64,000 bases of DNA. Origin: Verrucomicrobiota bacterium. GTDB lineage: Bacteria > Verrucomicrobiota > Verrucomicrobiia > Limisphaerales > CANJSG01. A program made the position numbers and the translations under genes. How positions within the stretch are numbered: the first letter of the stretch is position 1; each line of letters opens with the position of its first letter. Below are positions 58,301 to 64,000 of the stretch, piece after piece. The notes under the pieces are model-generated. The model saw only the letters and a program-made list of their open reading frames with translations, had not been told where the DNA came from and did not search any database. The stretch covers positions 1,884 through 65,883 of the forward strand of contig JAYTUE010000082.1 in assembly GCA_043744715.1 (NCBI GenBank), read 5' to 3'.

Positions 58301-58445
58301 CGATTTGGCGACCGAAAAGGCATTTCCACGCAAACAGCCGATCAATCTGGTGGCACCACGGATGACCGACGCCGAGCGGACCGAGCGCGAAGGGGCGATG
58401 CTGGCGCGTTTACGGGAGGCGATGAAAACGCCGCCGCCGACATAG
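55374..58445 (+). CDS. Large TraD/DUF87-like P-loop ATPase fused to a decapeptide-repeat linker and a PD-(D/E)xK-like C-terminal domain
   Basis: 1023 aa. aa 1-400 have no recognised family. Walker A GASGTGKST (56589..56615), Walker B FWLYCDEFHNF and a TraG-D_C-like LVLAHQELRQLERDREVASAVLSNPYTRVVFRV. Repeats AEEFRAVPKA SERIGKVPKM AESSGIVPQV AEAP. Then LGYHVAVEEFVADTLGRADLVLRRGKRVVAVEVSVT (nuclease-like D ... E-x-S/K core; tentative). Confidence 0.8.
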   Translation: MPHRSVHEQVSEQFAELERRGRGWQVFPEPVTPEPPFVPFTGYTLASVLDDGRVPTVGSSLLSGVLRWLNKEPQVPSNEDEAEEPVPTPLVREDLVELQLSLPDSLKVSPEVFAGFLSQLTLCTEPVSFELFGTTEKVVAQFSASHSDAPGVRRQLSAHFPEVVFLPTKDTLFPLAEPDAHHAVVEFGLEKEFLLPLASGGLDPFVALVAAMGELREGDCALYQVLFQPCRHPWRENILRSVTDGEGGALFVNRPDLVMLAKGKVSQPLHAVVVRITSKSGSFEEAWEILRGLARALRVFSNPEGNELVPLANDDYPAEAHLEDVLRRQTRRSGMLLNADELAGFVHLPSPAVRTARFQRQSKTSKAPPKSLSPVGVLLGTNLHAGKTTPVRLSAEQRTRHMHVIGASGTGKSTFLFNLIQQDILAGEGLAVLDPHGDLIDRILEVIPEHRIKDVILVDPSDETASIGFNILSAHSDLEKTLLASDLVSVFARLSTSWGDQMEGVFRNAILAFLESSQGGTLSDLRRFLLDPKYRERFLATVQDPDIQFYWRKGFAQLTGNKSIGPVLTRLEIFLAPKPIRYMVAQPVNRLDFTGILDSGKILLAKLSQGAIGKENSHLLGSLFMAKLQQAVMARQRQEAAVRQDFWLYCDEFHNFITPSMAEILSGARKYRLGLVLAHQELRQLERDREVASAVLSNPYTRVVFRVGDDDARKLENGFSSFEAHDLQNLATGEAVVRIERSDGDFNLRVSQPEKVDPALAAARLKEVTEASRRTYATPRAEIEAALRQQFPPEEPPQSAEARKDAEEFRAVPKASERIGKVPKMAESSGIVPQVAEAPKTSEPGADSKAALETEHSAIKRQITRHAEALGYHVAVEEFVADTLGRADLVLRRGKRVVAVEVSVTTNAGNEIGNLVKCLSGDFSQVVLVATSARKLANIERRFRSTAPAEGAAEVVFCLPADLLEQLRTWAAGDPRDLATEKAFPRKQPINLVAPRMTDAERTEREGAMLARLREAMKTPPPT
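57770..57895. repeat. Heptamer array B: 10 copies in exact 10-bp phase plus out-of-phase flanking copies
   Basis: Starts at 57788 + 10n: TGCGGAA TTCCGTG TGCCGAA TTCCGAA ATCGGAA TTCCGAA GGCGGAA AGCGGCA TTCCGCA TGCCGAA. Extra copies lie at 57770 (TGCGGAA) and ~57888 (CCGAA). Confidence 0.9.
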
Positions 58446-58466
58446 GCTTGGCAGCGGGTCGGGGAG

Positions 58467-59600
58467 CTATTTCGCGCCGAACAGCGGCATCGTGGTGACG
58501 GCACTCCGCAGGGTGGACACTTCCAGATGGGTGTATCGCTTGTTCATCTCCTTGGAGGAATGCCCCGTCAGTTTCATCCTCAGTTCGTCCGAAACTCCGG
58601 CGTTGGCGAGGATCGAGTTGAAGCTGTGGCGGAGCGAGTGGAACGTCCGTTGGGTGAACTTGCGCGTGCCCTTTCCTTCGATCACACCCGGATCGATGCC
58701 GGCCCCCACCACGATCCGTTTGAAGCTCTCCGAGAGCCCGTGTTTTCCACCCGGCCCCTTTGTCGCCAGCTTGGGGCAAAGGAATCCGGCGGTGCCAAAA
58801 GTCTTCAGGTAGTCCAGATGTTCAAGGATGTGGAAATGCATCGGGATGATGACTTTTTTACCCGTCTTTTTCTGGAGATAGACGATGACCCCTTCCGCCG
58901 GAAGGACGTTCTCCCATTGCATCTGGACGCAGTCGCCCAACCTCGCGCCGAGGAAATAGCCCAGCAGGATCAGGGTTTGCCATTCCAACGACGGCGCGGC
59001 CCCGATGAGCTTCTGGACCTCTTCCTGCGTAAAGATGCCGCGTTCCGAGCTTTCATCCTTCGGCAGCTGCACCGCGACCACCGGGTTCTTGAGGATGATG
59101 CCGTAAAGCTCGGCCCGCCGAAACGCGCTCTTCAGCGTCTTCACGTCGACGATGGCGGTCTTCGGCGCGGCTCCGGAGTTCAGCCGCCAGTTAAGGAATC
59201 CTTCCACTTCGGCGGGTGTCACCGACGTCATGGGTTTCTTCTCCCGTGGCCCCAAGTGGGCCAGGAAGAGGCGGACCGAATTCCCGTAACGCACATGCGT
59301 CCCGGTTGCGCGTCTGGCCTTCACCCCATCCAGCCAGCCGTTCAGATAGTCGGCGACCGAGGGAACCGCCAGACTGTCGCCGTTCACTTTCTCCGAGACG
59401 TCGTTGAGCACCTTCCGCAGCTGCGCGGTCGTCAAGGAACCGGCGCGGGCCTGCTGCTCCACCCGCTCCAGTTCCACCGCCACCCGCATCGCTTGATTCC
59501 GGTCGGTGGTCTTGGCCGATCGTTTCAACTGGCGTCCGTTGCGGTCGGTGAAGCACGCGATCCAGTAGCGGGATTCGTCCCGGCGAATGACGGTTGCCAT
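58467..59600 (-). CDS. Tyrosine-type site-specific integrase
   Basis: 377 aa with an N-terminal SAM-like/arm-binding region and a catalytic region with LGARLGD, HSLRHSF and GHSSKEMNKRYTH (R..HxxR..Y). Its 5-prime end lies 98 bp from attR. Confidence 0.9.
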   Translation of the reverse strand: MATVIRRDESRYWIACFTDRNGRQLKRSAKTTDRNQAMRVAVELERVEQQARAGSLTTAQLRKVLNDVSEKVNGDSLAVPSVADYLNGWLDGVKARRATGTHVRYGNSVRLFLAHLGPREKKPMTSVTPAEVEGFLNWRLNSGAAPKTAIVDVKTLKSAFRRAELYGIILKNPVVAVQLPKDESSERGIFTQEEVQKLIGAAPSLEWQTLILLGYFLGARLGDCVQMQWENVLPAEGVIVYLQKKTGKKVIIPMHFHILEHLDYLKTFGTAGFLCPKLATKGPGGKHGLSESFKRIVVGAGIDPGVIEGKGTRKFTQRTFHSLRHSFNSILANAGVSDELRMKLTGHSSKEMNKRYTHLEVSTLRSAVTTMPLFGAK

Positions 59601-59611
59601 GGACTGAGAAT

Positions 59612-59624
59612 AAAAGCGGGAATG
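59612..59624 (+). repeat. AAAAGCGGGAATG motif related to the attL-proximal 12-mers
   Basis: A single copy between the integrase start and attR, in the same orientation as 28384..28407. Confidence 0.4.
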
Positions 59625-59697
59625 AAAAGCTCAAGACATGGCCTCAAAACGATGCGCTACATGTTGACCATCAATGCTTGGAAAAAGGTGCATCGAG

Positions 59698-59727
59698 ACG
59701 AGGGTTCGATTCCCTTCACCCGCTCCA
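59698..59727 (+). repeat. attR core (displaced copy of the tRNA-Gly 3-prime end)
   Basis: Identical 30-mer to 28295..28324. The upstream sequence does not continue the tRNA. Confidence 0.9.
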
Positions 59728-59880
59728 ATCCAACTCCCACGCGACCCCCTGTCCTGAGGCTCGGATCGGCTCGTCCTGACAGCTTCCTCCTCTTGTCCCT
59801 AAACCGGATTCCCTTTCAAGCCGTCATCTGGCTACTGCCGCGTGACCACGTTCATCCCAAAGCCTGAAACCACCCGCATT

Positions 59881-60252
59881 ATGCGACTACTCGTCCTTGA
59901 AGACGACTTGGAGTTCGCCGGCATCCTCAAGACGCATCTGGAACACCACGGACATTCCGTGGCCACCGTCCCCAACGGCTCGGAAGGACTGAAGCTCATC
60001 ATGAAGGAGGACTTCGACGTCATCATCTGCGACCTGATGATGCCGCAGGTCGCCGGCAACATGTTCTATGTGGCGGTGGAGAAATCGAAACCCCACTTGA
60101 AGAACCGCTTCGTCTTCGTCACCGGTTTCGGGAGCGATCCCAAGGTGGAGCAGTTCCTCAAGGAATGCGGCCAGAAGCATTTGTGGAAGCCGTTCTCTCC
60201 GGCGGACCTGCTCCGGGCCATGGACGAAGTGGTCCGATCCTCGAAAGCCTGA
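59881..60252 (+). CDS. Stand-alone CheY-like response regulator receiver protein
   Basis: MRLLVLEDD, DVIICDLMMPQVAG, FVTG and WKPF. The start is placed at 59881. Confidence 0.85.
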   Translation: MRLLVLEDDLEFAGILKTHLEHHGHSVATVPNGSEGLKLIMKEDFDVIICDLMMPQVAGNMFYVAVEKSKPHLKNRFVFVTGFGSDPKVEQFLKECGQKHLWKPFSPADLLRAMDEVVRSSKA

Positions 60253-60306
60253 CCGAAGGCATTCCACGCTCTTGGCAGGGGCCCCGTTCCGGTGTTTGCT
60301 CCTTCC

Positions 60307-61032
60307 ATGTCGAGTTCTTCCCTGAAAATAGCCTGGGTGCTGGCCGCCGTCAGCTCTGCGGCCGCCGTCGGAGCCTGGGTCTACGCGAACGATCCCGTGA
60401 AGGCTGCGGACGTCATCCTCCTGCGCGAAACCTCCGAGGAAGCCCGGCGGATCGAGGCTGAAAATAAACGTCTGGCCGCACAGACGCCCAAGGATGAGGA
60501 CATCGCGTCCCTGCGCCGGACCAATGCCGAGATGCTCCGCGTCCGCACCGAGACCCTGCAGGCCCGCCGCGAGATCGCCCTGCTCAACAAATCGACCAAC
60601 GCCCTGCCCACGGCCGCTCCGGAATTGGCCGAACTCTCCACCGAAAATCAGCGCCTGCGCGCCGAGGCTCTCACCATCGCAAACCGGACCGGCAACGTCC
60701 CTCCCGAGGTTGTCCCGCTTCCCGGCGTGGCCGCCCGGGCACCCGGCGCAGACTCCGGCCGCGGCATGGTGGAGATGATGCGCCGCCTCCGTGAACAAGG
60801 AGCCGACGCGGAAACCATCAAGACAACCGCCGAGGGCCTCCGGAAATATTTGCAAGAAAACGGCACCGCCCCGACAAGCCCGGCCGACCTCTCGAAATAC
60901 CTTCCCGCCGACATCCTCGAAAAGCTGAAGGGCGAACCCTTCGAGCTCGTGCAAAAGAGCGCCGACGGGACGACCTACTTCTCCACGAACGCCACCGGAG
61001 TGGTCATCCGCAAAGAGAACATCAAGCCCTGA
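60307..61032 (+). CDS. Hypothetical membrane-anchored coiled-coil protein
   Basis: N-terminal helix LKIAWVLAAVSSAAAVGAWVY, then a coiled coil. No family recognised. Confidence 0.55.
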   Translation: MSSSSLKIAWVLAAVSSAAAVGAWVYANDPVKAADVILLRETSEEARRIEAENKRLAAQTPKDEDIASLRRTNAEMLRVRTETLQARREIALLNKSTNALPTAAPELAELSTENQRLRAEALTIANRTGNVPPEVVPLPGVAARAPGADSGRGMVEMMRRLREQGADAETIKTTAEGLRKYLQENGTAPTSPADLSKYLPADILEKLKGEPFELVQKSADGTTYFSTNATGVVIRKENIKP

Positions 61033-61044
61033 CCCCTTCCCGCC

Positions 61045-61659
61045 ATGCGCCTCATCTGGATACCCGTCCTGCTCATCGTCGCCTCGCTTTCGTGGGCCGG
61101 TCTGAGCTTCTCCCAGCATTTCAAGACCAACGCCGAGCTGGACCAGCTCAAGCAGATCGGAGGAGACCTCACGAAGATCCGCCAACGGAACGTGGACCTG
61201 AAAGCCGGTTCGGGACTACAGGCCGAGATGGAGAGGCTCAGGAAGGAGAACGAGGGCTTCGACGAGGCGAGGAAGGAAAACGAAAAAGTCGTGTCCGAGA
61301 AGGTGGAGACCGACAAACGCGTGCGCGAACTCCAGAAGACCCAGATCGAGGCCCGGCGTGAAAAGCTGGCCACCGAAAACCAGCTGCTCCAGCAACGGAC
61401 CAAGGAAGCGCAGAGCGCCACCCATGCCGCCACCCAGCCCATCTGTTTCCAGATGATGAAGCAGATCCAGGGAGCCAAGGAGCAATGGGCCCTCGAAAAC
61501 CGCAAGGACGCCACCGGCCTGCCCATCGCCGAGAATCTCGCCCTCTACCTTCGTGGAGCCCAGTTGCTGAAATGCCCGGGCGGCGGAACCCACACGATCA
61601 ACTACGTCGGCCAGCTCCCGATCTGTTCGGTGCACGGTTCGCTGGCGGCGGCGCGGTGA
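61045..61659 (+). CDS. Hypothetical membrane-anchored coiled-coil protein with Cys-containing C-terminal module
   Basis: N-terminal helix LIWIPVLLIVASLSWAGL, a coiled coil, and a C-terminal ICFQMMKQIQGAKEQWALEN ... CPGGG ... CSVHG pattern common in PVC proteins. Confidence 0.55.
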   Translation: MRLIWIPVLLIVASLSWAGLSFSQHFKTNAELDQLKQIGGDLTKIRQRNVDLKAGSGLQAEMERLRKENEGFDEARKENEKVVSEKVETDKRVRELQKTQIEARREKLATENQLLQQRTKEAQSATHAATQPICFQMMKQIQGAKEQWALENRKDATGLPIAENLALYLRGAQLLKCPGGGTHTINYVGQLPICSVHGSLAAAR

Positions 61660-61763
61660 TCGGTTTACCGGGAAGCCTGTCCGTCAAAATCAGCCTTCCC
61701 TTTTAGCCTCCCCTTCCTAGATTCACGCGTCTTTTTTGTGCCCCTTAACCGATACTAGAACCT

Positions 61764-63836
61764 ATGGCCGCTGATACCTCCGTCGTTGCGAAAGTCGAAC
61801 TCCCGCCGCTCGTCCCGCAGAAGCTCAAGTCGAAGCTCGCGCCCACCCCAGGCAAACCGAAATACGCCACCACCGTCAAGAACGCCGCCGGTGCCGACGT
61901 CACACTCGTATGCCCCAAGACCACCCGCGCGCTCATCGCGTTGATGGACGTTCATGCGGTGAACGGTGGTGCCGCCTGCCATTGGGGCGGGCCTGCCGCC
62001 TACGCCGAGGTCAACGCCGCGATCCACGGCCTGATGTTCCTGACCACCGGCCGCCAGTGGCATGAAGCCTACAACTTCGTCAACGACGCGGGCCACGCCG
62101 AGAACGGCATCTACGCCCTGCGCGCCAACTACGGCTTCGACGGCCTGACCTTCGAGTCGCTCAAGGGTTTCCGCTCCGTTTCCAGCAAGTTGACCGGCCA
62201 CGGCGAATCGCATCTCAACCCCGAGGGCGTCCTCCTCTCCAACGGCCCGCTCGGCTCCGCTCTGCCGCAGGCCCAGGGCCTGGCCATCGGCGACAAGCTG
62301 GCCAAGAACGACCGTGTGACCATCGCCATCGTCTCCGACGGGGCCTCGATGGAAGGCGAGGCCAAGGAAGCCTTCGCCGCCATTCCCGGACTTGCCGCCA
62401 AAGGCCGCGTGAACCCCTTCGTCATGGTCGTCTCCGACAACGACACGAAGCTCTCCGGCCGCATCACGAAGGATTCCTTCTCCATGCAGCCCACCTTCGA
62501 GGCGTTGGCCGTTCTCGGTTGGGATGTCCGCAAGGTCGCCAACGGCCACGATCTCCAGACCGTCTTCCTCGCTGTCGAAAAGGCAGTCGCCGACGCCAAG
62601 GCCAATCCTTCCAAGCCCGTCGCCATCTGGCTCAAGACCATCAAGGGCTACGGCGTGAAGGCCACCGAGGAGAACGACGCCGGCGGCCACGGCTTCCCGC
62701 TCGCGAACGGCGAGAAGATCGTTCCCTTCGTCGAGGAAATCTATTCCGGCGACCTTCCAGAAGAGCTGAAGCAATGGGCCGCTTCTCTCCGCGCCGACTG
62801 GGAAAAGTCCGAGGCTGCCAAGAAGGCCAAGGCTGAAGCCGCCGCTGCGAATCCGGCTCCCGCCGCCCCGGCGGTGAAGAAGGACAAGGTCCAGGCCGGT
62901 CTCGCCGCCGGTGCCATCAAGGCCGCGATGGAAGGCTACCCGGTCTATTCCGTCAGCGCCGACGTGCAGGGGTCCACCGGCATCAGCACCTTCCAGAAAG
63001 CCACGGGCAACTTCATCGAGGTCGGCATCGCCGAGTCGAACATGATCTCCACCGCCGCCGGCCTCTCCAAGGTCGGCTTCATCCCCATCGTGGACACCTT
63101 CGGCCAGTTCGGCGTCACCAAGGGCAACCTGCCCCTGACCATGGCCGCCCTCTCCCAGGCCCCGGTCATCGCGATGTTCTCGCATGTCGGCTTCCAGGAC
63201 GCGGCCGACGGCGCGAGCCATCAGGCCACGACCTACTTCGCCGCCGTCAGCGCCATTCCGCACACCGTCGTCATCGCCCCGAGCTGCGCCGATGAAGCGG
63301 CGGCGTTCATGTATCAAGCGATCAAACGCATCGGCGACGAGCGCAAGGCCGGCCACGACGGCGAGTCCGTCGTCTTCTTCGTGGGCCGCGAGAATTACCC
63401 CGTGCGCTGGGTCGAAGGCTCCACCTATCCCTGGGGCAAGGCCCAAGTCATCCAGGAAGGCACCGATGTCGTCCTCGTCGGTTCCGGCGTGCTCTTCAAC
63501 AAGGCGCTCGAAGCCGCGAAGATCCTCGCGTCGAAGGGCAAGTCCGCCACGGTGATCAACAACCCCTTCATCAACCTCGTGGACATCGAGACCATCGGCG
63601 CGGCAGTCAAGAAGGCCGGCGGCCGTCTCGTGACCATCGAGGACCACCAGGTCATCGGCGGAATGGGCGCGCAGGTCAGCCACGCGTTGAGCAACGCCGG
63701 CATCGCGCACCGCGTGAAGAGCCTCGGCATCAAGAACGAGTTCGGCCAGAGCGCCTACATGGCCGAGGAACTCTACGTGAAGCACGGCCTGACCGGCCCC
63801 AAGATGGCCGAAGCCGCGCTGGAACTGATCGGCTAA
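61764..63836 (+). CDS. Transketolase-family thiamine-diphosphate enzyme
   Basis: 690 aa with a ThDP-binding block VSDGASMEGEAKEAFA ... VVSDNDTKLSG, a Pyr domain EVGIAESNMISTAAGLS and a C-terminal domain. The N-terminus is atypical for classical Tkt. Confidence 0.7.
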   Translation: MAADTSVVAKVELPPLVPQKLKSKLAPTPGKPKYATTVKNAAGADVTLVCPKTTRALIALMDVHAVNGGAACHWGGPAAYAEVNAAIHGLMFLTTGRQWHEAYNFVNDAGHAENGIYALRANYGFDGLTFESLKGFRSVSSKLTGHGESHLNPEGVLLSNGPLGSALPQAQGLAIGDKLAKNDRVTIAIVSDGASMEGEAKEAFAAIPGLAAKGRVNPFVMVVSDNDTKLSGRITKDSFSMQPTFEALAVLGWDVRKVANGHDLQTVFLAVEKAVADAKANPSKPVAIWLKTIKGYGVKATEENDAGGHGFPLANGEKIVPFVEEIYSGDLPEELKQWAASLRADWEKSEAAKKAKAEAAAANPAPAAPAVKKDKVQAGLAAGAIKAAMEGYPVYSVSADVQGSTGISTFQKATGNFIEVGIAESNMISTAAGLSKVGFIPIVDTFGQFGVTKGNLPLTMAALSQAPVIAMFSHVGFQDAADGASHQATTYFAAVSAIPHTVVIAPSCADEAAAFMYQAIKRIGDERKAGHDGESVVFFVGRENYPVRWVEGSTYPWGKAQVIQEGTDVVLVGSGVLFNKALEAAKILASKGKSATVINNPFINLVDIETIGAAVKKAGGRLVTIEDHQVIGGMGAQVSHALSNAGIAHRVKSLGIKNEFGQSAYMAEELYVKHGLTGPKMAEAALELIG

Positions 63837-63866
63837 AGCACCTCCGAAACTTTCCAAGATTCAAGG

Positions 63867-63900
63867 CCCCGCCGGAGCGATCCGGTGGGGCTTTTGTTTT
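63867..63900 (+). terminator. Rho-independent terminator
   Basis: CCCCGCCGGA-gcga-TCCGGTGGGG followed by CTTTTGTTTT. Confidence 0.85.
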
Positions 63901-64000
63901 CGGCCGTGCGGCCGCGCAGCCCCACCAATTTCGGCAGGGTGGAGCTGCTGCTCCGCCCCTTCTCCCGGCTCACTTGAACCCGCAGCCCTTCACGTTCGTG

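Larger units (their letters stand above)
28295..59727. mobile_element. tRNA-Gly-integrated genomic island (~31.4 kb), an integrative and probably mobilizable element
   Basis: A perfect 30-bp direct repeat marks both ends. Gene content: a tyrosine integrase just inside the distal repeat, Replic_Relax, primase, RadC, TraD-like ATPases, TA and defence-type cargo. Patches of lower G+C are visible. Confidence 0.85.

Noticed and set aside
59641-59727. Possibility that the 30-mer at 59698 belongs to a second complete tRNA gene.
   Set aside because: The sequence upstream of the repeat cannot be folded into D and anticodon arms, and it does not match tRNA-Gly beyond the 30 nt.

Overview
This is a high-G+C chromosomal segment. 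Its gene content looks like the PVC superphylum (Verrucomicrobiota/Planctomycetota): a PSCyt/DUF1549/DUF1553 plus DUF1501 pair, a Tat-signal Gfo/Idh/MocA oxidoreductase and many exported hypotheticals. All family names come from motif recognition by eye; no database search was possible. Positions 1-28.2 kb and 59.8-64 kb are ordinary core genes: an RND pump fragment, aspS, a LytTR/His_kinase two-component pair, YdbS/YdbT-like bPH_2 proteins, a four-gene HAD/unknown/PfkB/ApbE operon, hemB, carA, a thioredoxin, pyrC, a CheY-like regulator and a transketolase. A tRNA-Gly(UCC) at 28251..28324 is the integration site of an island of about 31.4 kb (28295..59727). The island is bounded by a perfect 30-bp direct repeat of the tRNA 3-prime end and has a tyrosine integrase at its distal end. 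The island carries: XRE-type regulators; a LamG protein plus a 2031-aa Sec-signal RHS/YD toxin with a low-G+C C-terminal cassette and a HEAT-repeat lipoprotein; wHTH/Rep-like genes; a hicB-hicB-hicA locus with a frameshifted hicA; two paralogous TraD/DUF87-like ATPases; an IetAS-like AAA ATPase plus S8 protease pair; Replic_Relax, primase and RadC genes; and a low-G+C SAMHD1-like HD phosphohydrolase cassette. The most unusual signal is a set of arrays of a TTCSGAA-like heptamer spaced exactly 10 bp apart (12, 5 and 10 in-phase copies). They sit inside two otherwise unrelated island ORFs, where they read out as a shared decapeptide repeat. One of those ORFs is a 1023-aa TraD-like ATPase fused to a PD-(D/E)xK-like domain and coupled to a small membrane protein. 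I consider this module, together with the arrays, the best candidate for an undescribed system. No CRISPR array, rRNA or reverse transcriptase was seen.
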